This document shows, one piece after another, positions 27,501-42,500 of a stretch of 64,000 nt of DNA. The stretch comes from Antedon mediterranea (taxonomy: Eukaryota > Animalia > Echinodermata): positions 2,480,001-2,544,000 of the forward strand of contig NC_092671.1 of NCBI RefSeq assembly GCF_964355755.1, in the 5' to 3' direction. A program made the position numbers and the translations under genes. The stretch's first letter is position 1; each line of letters starts with the position of its first letter. Below the pieces are notes generated by a model. The model was not told the origin of the DNA, searched no databases, and worked only from the letters and a program-made list of their open reading frames with translations.

Positions 27501-30500
27501 TTCTATGAAAACTGAATTGTATTTTAATTGTCAAAATAGTTGTATAACAATAAAAAAAAAAAAAACTAATCAAAGCTGTTTAATCTTTTGAAATTGTTTG
27601 GACAGTTTTAAAACACAAATACAGAAAAACAAAAATAATATACTGAATAGAGTAACAAATGTAAGATGTTTTACATTTTAAATATACATGATAAATAAAC
27701 ATTTTTTTACTTCAGCAACAAATCTTTTCCTAAAAGAAATGAATAAGTTTGAGAATGTGCATATGTAAATCATTTTGTAAATTTTCTAATTTTCTAATCA
27801 TTCCATAATTTTGTATCAATAAAAGAAATTAAACACAGTAGTCTACTAAATCTTAAAATATTTCAAAACTATATGGTAGTATTAAAACTCTCAAAACTTT
27901 ATAGGCCTATACCACTACCAGTATAAAATAATTATTTTCAAGTCATTTCACATTCTGAAAAGAATATTAAAATTGATTTTGCAGGCCTGACAGTTGGAAG
28001 TTTCTGTGTATGTAAATGATATAAAAAGTGTCAAGTTCTAACTAAGGGGGAAACAGAAATATTGAATTCCTGAAATGCCATTCATCATGTTATTGCCTCA
28101 ACATATGTTGTATAGCCCATGCCTACAATAATGCGATAACAATAACAAATGTGCAGGAAAAAAAAGAGGATAGAGTTACCAGACCAGACTTTAATGCTAC
28201 ATGTTAATGATTTATAGAGAAAATGTAACAAAATGGTTCGATCGTGAGAGTTTATCTGTCTGACCTCAAGAGGGCCGATGACCAGTTAATGTACCATTTT
28301 GGGAGATAAAGTTTTATCTATGAGTGGGGCTATTGGTACTCATCTATCTTACCTGAGAAGGGTTATTGGTACTCAACTATCTTTGGGAGGGGTGATCGTA
28401 CTCTACTATCTCAGCTGGGAGATGTAATCTGTCCTCTACAATGTTATACAGGAGGGTGATTGTACTCTACAATGTATCTTTATGGGAGGGGTGATCGGTA
28501 CTGTACTATCCTATACAGGAAGGGTCGTATTCTATACTGTATCTTACCTGGGAGGGGTGATAGGTACTCTAGTATCTTACCTGGGAGGGGTGATAGGTTG
28601 ATATGTACTCTAGTATCTTACCTGGGAGGGGTGATAGGTTGATATGTACTCTAGTATCTTACCTGGGAGGGGTGATAGGTTGATATGTACTCTAGTATCT
28701 TACCTGGGAGAGGTGATAGGTTGATATGTACTCTAGTATCTTACCTGGGAGGGGTGATAGGTTGATATGTACTCTAGTATCTTACCTGGGAGAGGTGATA
28801 GGTTGATATGTACTCTAGTATCTTACCTGGGAGGGGTGATAGGTTGATATGTACTCTAGTATCTTACCTGGGAGGGGTGATAGGTTGATAGGTACTCTAG
28901 TATCTTACCTGGGAGGGGTGATAGGTTGATATGTACTCTAGTATCTTACCTGGGAGGGGTGATAGGTTGATATGTACTCTAGTATCTTACCTGGGAGGGG
29001 TGATAGGTTGATATGTACTCTAGTATCTTACCTGGGAGAGGTGATAGGTTGATATGTACTCTAGTATCTTACCTGGGAGGGGTGATAGGTACTCTAGTAT
29101 CTTACCTGGGAGGGGTGATAGGTTGATATGTACTCTAGTATCTTACCTGGGAGGGGTGATAGGTTGATATGTACTCTAGTATCTTACCTGGGAGGGGTGA
29201 TGGTTGATATGTACTCTAGTATCTTACCTGGGAGGGGTGATAGGTGGTACTGTTTCTGTCTGTACAGACATTGAATTTCTTTTAGGCCCACTTCCTTGCT
29301 TTTGCTAAAAGAATAAAATTAATAAAAACTGTAATAATTTATTTTTATGTGAACAATAATAATTTATATGTATTTTTGTCAATAATTATGTAAATCAAAT
29401 GAAAAGAAAAAACAAGAATTGGCAAAAAATCATCTCTACATTGTGACATTGTTTGTTTGTCAAATAACACGTACCAAATATGCATGCCTACGCTATTAAA
29501 AAGCCATATAATTTACTGAACTTCAAAGTTTAATATGTTTAAATTTACAATCCATAAACATGTGTTTATCATCAAATAAGAGCGTTGGTAATTTTACAGG
29601 TGTTAAGTTGATGCGTAACAGAGTGAGTTCATTCAATTTTGATGGCTTAATCAGTTAATTATTTGCACTTAATTAATGTAATTAATACTATGTTTGCAGT
29701 CAACCTTGACTAAAAGCAGGCCACAGAGCTAAGATCCTGTCAAGTGCATTAACACGTTTGTAAAGCAACTACTGTAGGCGTAAACTGCATTATAGTGAAA
29801 CCTCTATTAAGGGGACAATTTCAGGACCAAAAAAAGTGTCCTTTAATATAGGGACGTCTTCTGAATATGGGTTGGTCGTAGTGGTAACACCTCACTGGAA
29901 AGTGTCTCATTATTAGGGGTTTCTTATGAATATGGCTGTAGTGTTATAGTATAGTTATATATTGTAATAATAAGCATAATGGCCACTGCTCGTTACTTTC
30001 ACAGGGAAGTATCACCTGAATAGAGGAGTCAAAAAATAGGTTCTATTGTATATGTTGTTTTTTTCTTGTTTAGTAGGCCTACCGTGTAGAACAAAGATAT
30101 GTACAAAGTACTGTAGCATTTATCTATTCTGAACCTTTATATTTACAAAACCTGACATTTACGAATGCCGTATAAACTGAGTAGTACGTAAAAACAAGGC
30201 AATCTAACAACAGGACACTGAGCTTGCAAAATAGGAACTTGTAACTGTCATTTGATCTTATGTCTGGCTGCGACAAATTCAGTGTATCCTATATACATAA
30301 ACTCTGCAGCACGCAGTGTCTGAACTGATCATGTCGCAGCCACATATAAACCCCTTTGATCTTCGGAGCTCAGCATTCTGTTAGCAACTGTACGAATAAT
30401 ATTCATTGAATTAAGGTCTCACTTGAGGATGTTCCATACAAGGGTCACCATTATTGTTATACGAAGTTCATGCTAACAAAAAGTACTACAGCATCTATTG

Positions 30501-33500
30501 TACGTAGGAATTGATACAGAAGTGTTTGTCTTTCCTTCAGTACTACAGAAGTACAATGATATTTATAAAATTCAAGATTTCTGATAAGAGGAATAGGAAT
30601 ACTAACTGAAATATATCTGAAATTATATCTAGAATAATGGTTGGAGACTACCAAAACAAGTATGTATGTAAAAGCTACCAAAAATCAAACATTGATGCTT
30701 AAAATCATCTTGATTTTAGAATAGATTTATATAATTCCAATCTAAAATCATCAATGTCTGCGTAATTTTATCCTTCCTAATTCATTATTCTTTTTAATTA
30801 TACAAAAGCAAATTCGTATCTTCAATAGTCTACAACAAACCAAAGCAATATTTAAAAAAAAAAGGAAAAGCAATTTATTATGTAATTGAAGAAAGTAAAA
30901 TGAATAAATAAATACACGAAGAGAATTCATACCATGTGATTGATTATCAATATTTATGTAGCTCAATTATAAATTTCTTGTGAACCAGGTTTAGTAGGTG
31001 CACAATATTCATTACATATTCTTTTTAATGATGTTTTCCATTGTTTTTAAGTTTATTATTATTATTATTTTTTATTCAGGCAAAAGATACATTTTACAAA
31101 ATATAATACAAATCAACAAATTAAACAAACATGACGCAAAGAAAAAAGCAGCCTAATCCACTGTCACCAATTTTAGACTGAAATTATAAAACAGGCCACC
31201 AGAAGTAGAACAATTAGAAAAGACAACAAATGGAAATGTTCCAAGAGACAAAACAGGACGTTAATTTGAAACTTACTAATTTGACTGAACTGTACGTTGA
31301 AGGATCTCCTGATCTCGGCTGCAAACAAAAAAGAAATTTACATTATTGGCATCTAAAAAATATCTATTTTGTATAAATTGATTTTTTTTCTTTTTAAATT
31401 GCCAATTGCTGTCTGAAATAGATTTATATTCACTGTTTTGTTCATTCTAAAAGAGTTGACTTATATTTTTTAAACAAAATGTTTATGCTACTCGACTACT
31501 GTATATCTTAACTTTTGTTCACAATTCATTTTTTAATTAAAATAAAAGTTTTGTTTTTATAGAATAAAGATTATTGATATTATATACAAAATGGTAAAAT
31601 ATTGGTGTTTTTTTTATAATTTTGTCAGATCTTAATAAGACCAGAAATTGTCAACAATCAGCATTTTTAGTAAAGAAAAAGAAAAGAAAGAAAACAAAGG
31701 AGAAGACGAAGAAAAAAAGGAAGAAAAAAGGAAGAGAGATATAAATGTAGAAAATGACTATAATTATAATTATGACTAAATATTAAACAATTTCCGTTAT
31801 GAAACAACGCATCGCAGAGAAATGCAACGTCATCAAAACAACACATGTTTGTCGTGGTGATTTACAATCTATGTAATATTTCAGAGCATCAACATACGTC
31901 ACCTAAATAGACTCATCCTTAGTAATTCAGTTTCTCAAAATCCGATTATAAATTTACAGCTGAAGTAGATGATATTTGCGTCCAACAAACAAAACAACGC
32001 ATGTAGAATACTAGTCATTGAAACAAACTAATAGAAGTTTTAAAACCGATTTTTATTCATGACCAGACTAGATGGTGAGACAAAAACAAATTGAGGATTG
32101 CTGCTTTCATTTAAAGAAGAAAAGATGGATAAAGAATGGAATTGGAAGAAAGTAAGGAGAAGAGTAAGATCTGGTTTAATATAAAAGAAAAGAACCTGGC
32201 CTCTTTTTTTACAGACCGACAAACTCTTATCTTGCCTCTATGTTGACAGACAGACAGACCGACAGACCGACAGATAGTGGTCTGCCATAGATTTGGAGAG
32301 ACTCTAATACTGGAGAAAGAAAGTAAAGAGAAGAGAATTATGTTTCGTTTAATATAAAAGGGAAGTTCAGATACAGGGAAAGTAGAAGGAAACAGGGTAG
32401 ACAGAATGGTCTGATAACGTCCATTAAGAACTCTGGTTTCTATGTTGAAAGACAGACAAACAAACCAACAGTAGAAAAGTATATGAGAACTGGTCTGTAA
32501 TAGATTTGGAGAGATTGAAGAAAGATACGGATAGTTGCAACACCATCTATGAAGGAAAGTAAACTCTCTACATATTACTTTCCCAAATATTACAGAAGTC
32601 ATGAATTTAATAATAATAATAATGAATAATTAAACAAATCCCTCTACTTAAATGTTAATGGACAGACAGACTGACAGTGGTCATAGATTTGCAAAGACTC
32701 AGGTACAAATGAGGAGACAGGTGGTATGGTGGTGGCATCTTTTGCAGCATCCATGAGGACACACAGACAGACAGGAAGGAAGTAAAAGCTATATGTAGCA
32801 ACTATTACAGAAGTCATGACTTTTAAAACACACCTCTTCACTTAAAATATAATCCGTGTTTATTGGCTTTTTATTAACATTTTATAATTCTGTCAAACAT
32901 AATTTATTAACCATTTATTTTCACTTAAAAGATTTATATAAAATGTATTTCAGTTTTCCTAAAAATGACATTAGTAATCATGTCAAATATTATTTATTGC
33001 CCTGCATTGATATAAATGGATTTAAATACAATTTATTTTAGCGTTAGGAAACCGAAATTACAACTGTTAATGACAATTTAAATGACGCTTATATCTTTGT
33101 AGATGGAGGTGAACATTGTAAATTTTAATGTATTTGCTGTATTTATTTCAATAAACGTCCCCCCCCCCCACCCTTTGAATAAATGCTCCCCCAACCCATA
33201 GAACGTCATTTGGAATAAACGCCCCCCCCCCCCCCCCTCTCGAATAAATGTCTTAGGGCATTTATTAATTTTCTTTAAAAAACGCCCCGTCACATGTCTA
33301 TGTACACAATATTATATTACAACCACCATTTCTATTTGTAGTAGATTTCATCGATCAATACAAACGCCTCCCCAAATAAATGCCTCCCTCAAATAAACAC
33401 AAAAAAACCCTACTGGATTATGACATTTAATTAGGGCTCTTTGATGGAATTATGTGCAAAAATCATTTATTCAAATTAATGTCAAATACAAAACGGATAA

Positions 33501-36500
33501 AAGGGCAGGCAAGGAAATACCAGGTGGGAAACACCTATGCTATTGGCCAACTGGAAACAGCCAAATAGAACAAATTAATTATGATCAAAAATTAGAACAT
33601 CTACAAAAAAACTGCAGACATTTTCTACAACATCTTAATATTTATTGTTTAATATAAAAAATGATTGCATTTGAAAGTTTTTATTTTGTATAGTACATCA
33701 TCAGTCCGTCTTAATGAAAGCAACATAATGTTAAGTAATGAAAAAACCCATAAAGATAAAACGTACATCATTATTCATATATTCACCTGTAAAATGAAGT
33801 AGACAATAAATCTTTATAGTCTGTTGCGATTGATGAATATTCTTAATTATACGTCTTCATCTTCATTTAAACGTCTAATTTGTAACAGTAGAGTAGTAAT
33901 CATCATCTTTATTTTACTCAGTATTATAAGACAGTGGGCAGACGTGAATAGGCTTTTGAGCTACAGCGACACTATCATCAATTCTATAGCCATCTTAGAG
34001 AATTTGTTTGCCTGAAGGGTTGGCAACAAATCTGTGTTTGCGATATATCTGTAGTCAAATTAGGATCCACTAATATTAAAAACGTAAAGGTGACTCTGAT
34101 GTTTATTGAATGTTGGGGATGAGCTGCTAGGTAAATTTTATTTTATGTTTTTAGGCGCATGTGACCAAGGATTACCAATAGTAAATACCAATAGTAAATT
34201 ATGACTGTCCTATCAGATAGGTGGCTATTTTGTGAACCAGTTCACCGAGGTAACCCCCTACTCGTCTCGCGTCTGGGTTTTTTAAAGTGCACACAGGTTA
34301 TAACTGTGTACACGGGACCTCCAGTTTATAGTCCTTATCCGAGAAGACTTGTTCCTCCCCCAGAACTAGGAGCGAGTCGGCCTTGAACCCTTGCCGATAT
34401 TGTTGGCTCTTTAGGTATGGTAAACGGCCCCCTTGCCATTTGACTCACTTTCAACCAGGTACTCATTTACAGCTGAGTTGTACACAACAATAAAATATAC
34501 TATTCATCCTTATAAATGCAAACATCCTATTTATGAATAGTGAAATAATGACATTTCAACAATAAATGTATGCAGTCCACATATGTCACATGATTGATCT
34601 AACAGACTTTAAAGATATTTGAATCTCATTCATCATAATACATATCTGAGTACCCATCAGAGATACTTAAAAACCGCTATCAATCAAACACTTACATTTT
34701 ATGATACTGGCCAAAAATAAACATTTCTATAATTTTTTTATTGTGAGAAAGTAAACTAAATAGGTGATCTGAAGGTCAATGGATTTAACCAGGTCAAAGT
34801 TGACAATTAAAAATCTCTATCAACTCTATCATCATAAAGAACTTTGGTCTCTACCATTTGACTCACATAATAATGTAAACAAGAGGTAGGGGCAGATCAA
34901 AAACTTTTTATGTGACACTTTAAACTAAATATTGAGCCGATTCTCTAGTGTATCCAGACAAATATCCTCATTTGTATAATATTATAGGCAAATCTGAAAT
35001 ACAGTGTCACATGTGACATTCGTTTATACTCACATCATATACTTCATATGATACAGTTGTAACATGTGACAAATATGTGATGCTGTATACAGTACAAAAT
35101 AATAGAAAATCAAGAATGCAATAACACAATAAAACCAAGCAACATTATCTTCCACAGCAATAACATAACATCCCAATCAACAATAACATTATAAACAACA
35201 TCATTAATATCAACATTAACAACAACATCATCATCAACATTATCCTGAAAAGCGTCATCATTTTCCAAACATCAATAACAACATCATTTGATGACAATTT
35301 ACTGAGATTCTCTGTGTCAATGAACCGAAACACATTTCATGTTCCTAATACCAAACATAAATTTAACTACATTCAAATAACTTACCAGCTCTTCATAAAT
35401 TTCTGCTCTACACGAAAAACAATTTAACAGAGACATAATTCATCAGATCATAAACCGAAATAACATTCCATAAATTCATCTGGTATTGACTTCATATTCC
35501 GGTTAAAAAAAACGCCTCAAAAATAGATAGCAAATCAATTAAAACAGTTTCACCAAAGCAGTGTCCACACGCACTAGAGTTAAGCCTCCATTGAACAGAG
35601 TTAAGCTAAGCTAATCATATCCAAGTTCAACCAACAAAGTGATCTTGTGATTACTGTCTCTCTTTTACCTCTGTGCTCCGATATACCTCTGATGTACCTC
35701 AAATATAACTTATTATGTTCAAAGTGTATAACCGACGTTAGATCACACGCATTTGAGCACAGCACAAGATTGACTGTATTAAACTACGATAGAGAAAACC
35801 TTATAGGAGCATAGAAAGTAATTTCCTGTGTGATCCACACAAAAGTACTTTTAGTTAACATGAATGATTGTACATTGTCATTAGGCCTACTGGTTCTTAA
35901 CAAAGGTACAAGGCTATGGAAACTTGCATGTGTTGCCTATTCTTATAATATAAATGCACTGTTTTGATAATCTTTAAAGAATAGGGATTACTGAACAATA
36001 GCAGATGGTCAGATCGCTTAATCTTCTTTAACAAACACATTACTACTGTAGTCTCCACTATAAAACCACTGAAATAGAATTACAATGAAGCCCCTAATAA
36101 GGTATACCTGTAAGGCCCAACAAAGTGTCCTTAATGAGAGTGTCCCCTGGAATAGAGGTGTTCCCAAAAATAAAGATGTTCTCTAAATATTGTTTCCAAA
36201 AGGAAAAGGAAATTATCACTGTGGAAGTATAGTATTTAATGATAAATGAAATAATAAATTGAATTACTGATGAAAACTAATTTACCAATCTCTGGTAAGA
36301 TTTTAGGGGCATAAAACTTAATATTTCAATCCATAAATACATACTTTAAAAATTAATTAATCTAAAAATCTGAAACTAAAAGTAAAAATAAAGAAGATAG
36401 ATGTGTTGATGATGATTGGCAAATGATATTAATCGATATAATAATAATGATTTATGGTCTTTCATTTCAAATTAATAGTGGTAGACAGTATCATAATACA

Positions 36501-39500
36501 GTATAGATTGTAATAATTATTCTTGTAGTAATAACCCGTTTTAACCACAGAATTAATTTATTAAAACTAAATGTTTTGTGCAATTAAAAAGAAACCGTTT
36601 TTCTAGGTCATACACAAAATACTATTGTATTGAACACACTTTCATGAAGGTTATATAAATCAGAAAAGAAATTATGTTTGTAATCTTGTAAATTGTTAAT
36701 CAAATAGCACTTAGCAAAATGTTTTATACAAATATATCACTAGATTCAGAAATCCACAGTCTTGTAGAAGGTTTGCCTTAATCTCTATCTGTGAGGAACA
36801 ATGCAACAATATAGGTTGAAGAATACCTTCATTATACGTCATACCTTGCTCAACAAATTAAGTTTACAAAAACCTTGGAGATTATAAAAGGTAGATTTAC
36901 TGGCAAAGTACTTGATTCATTACATTAAAACAAGTATAACAGGATATCTGAGATACTGCAATTGCAACAGAGAGATAGATATATCTATAATGCAAAAAAA
37001 AATGTTTTAGTTTATAATATGTACCGTAACATTGTCTCAAAGCACAGAGGGCAAAATTTCACATACTGTACAGTTACAACAAACTCTCATCCTAAAAAGG
37101 GTCTCTTTATGTCAAGCTTCCACCAAACGGTTTTCCTCATCTGTCCATCATACATACTGTAGGTGTACTGTAGATGAACCAGTATATCAGAGCAGGGAGG
37201 TATAATCAGGTGGACATCATATTTCCGAAAGATTTAAGTCCTTTTCAAGAACTACAGCTAAAGATTTAAGTCTATGGTTTCTTGTGCCTCTGGACACGGA
37301 CATGAGCTTGCCTTGCTAAGACAGGAACTCGTAATAACAGTCCTTTGATTTTATGTCTGGCTGCGACAAATACTATGTACATATTCTCCGCGGCATGCAG
37401 GTCTGTTAAAAGACATGTAACTGATCGTGACACAGCCACAGGTAAACCCTTTGATCTCCGGAGCTCAGCGTCCTGTTGGTAGATTGCTTTGGCTTAACCG
37501 AATGCCATTCGACTCAAAAGTGGTACAGTTTAGGTAAGAAGCTTCTATCAATCAATATATAAATCAATCAATCAATTCTGATGTCAAACATGCTTTCACA
37601 CATTTGTATCAAGGTGACAATTAATTTGTCACATCAGGCTAAATATTTGTGTGAAATCACAGACTTATAAACTAGGGTTCTACCTTTCAAAAAAAAAGGA
37701 GTTTCACACTAAATGCTTGTCACAAGTCATACAACCAATTTAAAACAAATAATGTATATAAATTAACTTCTAAAAATAACCTTAAAATATATTGCCTGCT
37801 GAAGTAAATTAAACGAAAATGAGGTAACAAATCTACTACATAAGAAGACGCCAATTCTCAAATGTAAAGTAAAACAGTATACTAACAATAAACTTTTTTG
37901 AATATCTTTAAAAAAAAAGTTATTAAAAGTTCAACCATTTAACCATGGTGTACCGCAAAAATAACTTTTCTAGTGTTATTCACCATGCAAACAATAAAGT
38001 TTCTGTATTATGAATCGCATAAAACATTTAAAAAACAAACCTCTTTTTTCTTGGAAAACTTCTTCCATTTTGACTTTAAAAATCTGGCTAGCATTGTTAT
38101 CCTTTTAAAACTTTAATAATGTCCGTAATAAATAATGTTCAAATTTAATCAAACAAGTGACAGTCTCCAATCATCACCTAGCTTTAATGATGACACTTGC
38201 TGATGTATTTTTCCTTATCATAAACAGCTAGGCCATGGATGAGCAGGCATGAAATAAATAACAACTAACTTTATCTTGTTCACTTTTAAGTTTTATTGTG
38301 TAAAGGAAGGGCAATTTAGGGGCTGAATTGGTGTAATAGATTTTGAATGGAAGTCATTGGATGAATAACTTTGTATAGTTAATGAGAAATCAGGCCAATT
38401 TTTGTCAGACAAGTATTAAAGTGCTTCCGTTAGCTGTACATTTCAAAGGAATAACATTGAAATGTGGTACGTACAGTATGGAGGTATTGGTGCTAGTGAG
38501 GTTGGCAGTCCAGACTAAGAACTTTTTTTTTGTCGTTTTCAACCTCAAATGTTTCTTAAGCGTTTAAAAAAAAATTTCATTACACAATATAATTATTTTA
38601 AATATTTGTAATATTTATTGACATAAATGTGTTATAATTTGTCCAGCAGGTGTCTCTTTTTGGTTTCTAGGTATAAAGATCATCAAATTAAGTGTTAAGT
38701 TCGTATGTGGTTCTGGGACACCTCTCCCATCACATTTGTGTTTTTACATATATGGTGATATTTAGTGAATTAATTTAATAAATCACATATATTTTTGTAT
38801 ATTTACAGCAACACAACTTATTTATAATGAATTAAACTTACAATATATCAGCAAGCAGACAGCAAGACAGATATGAATTCAAACTTCCTACTCCTGTTAA
38901 GTTGTATTTTCCAGTACCAGTTACAAAAAATTGGTTTGTTTACAGTACGTCCGATTCCAGCAAGTTTATTTTTTATTCAGGAACAGTTTTTATTATGTAG
39001 ATACATTTAACACTATACAGTTTATTGACACTATATCCTGCTTGGAATGACACCTTATGTACCTATTATTATGTTGATCACAAGTCATAATACGATGAAA
39101 CTTTATGTTGGATAATTACAATTATCACTACAAAATTATACAAACAGGTATAGTAGCTGATGCTGTCTATTGGTTGGTATGGAAACAGGGTCGAAGTGGG
39201 CCACCTCTGGCATGTAGGTGTCTTTAGAGAGAGTCCCCTGGCAAAGTTAACAAGGTCAAAAGCAGTCAATATACCAATGACATTATATTTCTCTAGAAAT
39301 GAATTCCTAATGAGAATTACATACACAGGCCTTGTACTTGGAGAATTAAATAGGCCATTGCAAAAGCACAGTTCAGGCCAAGATGAGTATACTACACTTT
39401 TAAATGAGAAAAACAAACCAAACTCATACAATATTGACCTTATAAGGTATACCACCTTCAAAATTTCAAATTTAATGCTAAATACAGTATTATTGGTTTC

Positions 39501-42500
39501 AGACAAAGTTCCCAAACTTAATCAAAACAGTTTTAGTGGGACAAGTATTTTTAAGATTTTATATGTGGTTGTGAAAATTCCTACTATAATTCAATAAATG
39601 TGGTTTTTATTGACAGCTAAATATTCTGTTAATCTTCTACTAAACAATTATGTGAAACTATGTAATGTACTACAGTCCTCAGTTGAGCAAAGTTGGAATA
39701 GAGACTCTACGGACCAAGTTAGGTAGCAATAGTACAGTGCCCATCATTCCAGCACATTGAGAAAAGATTCCTTCTCTGTTTGGATAGCAAACAAGCTGCT
39801 TCTTGTTCATGCTTTATACCGAAATAAATAAATAACAAATAAATAAAACCTAGTTTTTAATTGTACGGTATACCCCTTTCACATCACCAAGTCAAACTCT
39901 GGACTTGTATCGTGCGCACACTCGCCGAGTTTTGCTCAACGAACATACATCTCTCTTACAGTATAATGTAGATGGCATCAATCAATCAATCAATCGTTCG
40001 ATTTATATAGCGCCATTCCAACATTCATTGCTCATGGCGCTGTAAAAAAAATCAGAAAAGGTGAGTTTTGAGTAGTGACTTAAAGTGACTCAATAATGAT
40101 GTGTGTTTAATGTTCAAGGGTAGGTGGTTCCAGAGCCTAGGTCCAGCAACTCTGAAAGTCCGATCTCCCCAACTATGTTTGCTCCTTGGAATGTCCAGTA
40201 GCACCTGATGACTAGATCTTAGTTCTCGCTTTCCCTTCTTGACTGTCAACAATTCTGAGAGATATTTTGGAGCACAACTATTTAGGCATCGGAACACCAG
40301 CAGCAGGATCTTAAATTTAACACGTGACTCCATGGGTAGCCAATGTAACTCTTTGAACAAGCCATAAAACCATAAAACCATAAAATATGTTAGTTTAGGA
40401 TTTATAAAAGTATAGTGACATACTGTACCTTATTTTATAGTACCTATGCTTATATTATAGTTCTCTGGTTGACACATTCAAGTTTGTTTGAAATTGATAA
40501 ATATAATAACCAAAACATACAAAAATGTATTTACATTTATGCAGTGGGTTGAATGTTTTATCTAGCCATCACTGATAACCCAAAAAACGCACCTACCTGG
40601 TACGTCAACAGGTGCCAAGAATGCACTAAGGCTAGCTAGATACAGTTTTTTAATATCATCAATCATATAAACAAGCATTTAAATGTCAGCACCCATTTTA
40701 CTAATCAATAAAATTTGTTTATATCAAATGTTAAAAAAATATATATAGGTTTGCGATTTACAGGTTGCAAAATGAGGTATCTTTGCGTAGGAGGAAGATG
40801 TTTACCGGAAGTTTTATTTATTACATTCATATGAGATGTTCTTTTTTTTTTTTGGTAAATTCATTTAATAAAACTTGAATGTAATAAATCAAAAATTCCC
40901 CCTTTGTGAGTCTTCTTTAATAATCCCAGAATCCTACTCCTGCCCTTTTATACTACCATGATGAATGTCATTAGCCTCCTGTTCACCAAACTTGAAGTCA
41001 AAACTATATTGTTGTTTAATTAGCAACTTGAAATAGCTTTCATAAATAAATCTTACAGTGTTCTTTCAGGCATTGACCCCCTATTTAAAATACAATTGTT
41101 TGTCTAGGTAAATTACCCCAAATATTAGATAATTGCGTAACTAGTTAATAAAATATACATAAATGATAAATGTGAACTACTGCGAAGTAGCTTTGCGTCA
41201 GATAATTTGCCCCAGTCTGATGCAATTATACTGTTTACGTCAGAATAGGACCTAGTACAATTATGTCACTCGGAATAGGGGCTAGTACAATTACGTCCCT
41301 CAGAATAGCTAGGTCTAGTAGATGTCCCTCATAAAAGGGCCTAGTAGTAGTACAATCATATCACTCATAATAGGGCCCAGTAAAACATCAGAGTCTGACC
41401 AATTAAAATACACAACAAAACTGTAGGATGAACGTTAAACAACAGTTTGTGATGGCGCCATGTGCATTAGCTCAATAAAGACGAAAGTGATATTTTTTAC
41501 TGATGTTGAGAGGTCAATGTATTTTGTCAAGCATTGGGAGGTCAATTAATGTAAAATCCTATTAATATTAGAAATAAGACTTCTACTCTAAAATTTTAGA
41601 ATTAAAATCAAGTAAATTGATATGATGCTAATGATGACAATGACTTTGATTTTGATTTGATTTTAAATTGGTAATGGTGTGATTAGTCATAATGATAACA
41701 TTAACAATGATAATAAACAATGACAAATTATGGTAATGGTACTGTATATATTAATTATCAGTTGTTGATGTTAATGTTAAAAATTGTGATAAATATGATA
41801 ATTGTAACATATTAGTATTAAACCAAATGTTGACATGACCAGTAAAATGATGCAACTAAAATATTGTGTCAATTTACAAATAAAACCAATCGGTTTTTTA
41901 TCCATATTTAAGCGCAAAGTGTTCAAAGGTGCTAAGGCTAGTAATGTAAAAAGGAGCAGAGTAAATGTAATTTATTGGCCTTTATCCAAATGGAGTAAAA
42001 AAGGCCTAGAAAGGGTATTTTGCTTGTTTTTGTGTAAAAGAGAACAAAAACGATTAAAACTGATATCGGAATAATGAATATTGTTGTCACATAAAGTGGT
42101 GGATTATTATTTGAAGATTTCAACATCAATAAATCTATCAAAAGTTGTTTAATTTAAGTATGTACAATAATCATTGTCAGGAGTTGGATAGCCGAGTGGT
42201 TAGGACACTTGACTGTCATACAGATAGACCCGGGTTCAATTCCCGACAACTCCCAGTCCACTCAGCTGTAAATGAGTACCTGGTTGAAAATACTAGGGAG
42301 AAAAAAGGCGGCGTGGAAAGGAACTGGCCACCCTACCACATAATGCCGAGGCTTAGTACAATGAGCTCGTAACAGCTCATTTCCCTACGTTCAAAGAACA
42401 CGGGACTCACCTTTACCTTTACCTTACAATAATCATAAACTAATTAGAAAATAAGAATAAGAAATATGCCAGATCTTAATTATTTAAAAAATTAAAGAAT

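Noticed and set aside
28541-29245. CRISPR-like array
   Set aside because: Head-to-tail units with no unique spacers, eukaryotic intron context, no cas genes.
39078-39597. Overlapping 145-aa ORFs on both strands
   Set aside because: No recognisable motif, intron-like composition, and no phase-compatible splice sites found.
40597-40635. 39-nt candidate tensin micro-exon (tag...gtaggt)
   Set aside because: Weak pyrimidine tract; the in-phase peptide [13 protein letters not shown] is not tensin-like and the exon is not needed for the frame. Unsupported without RNA data.
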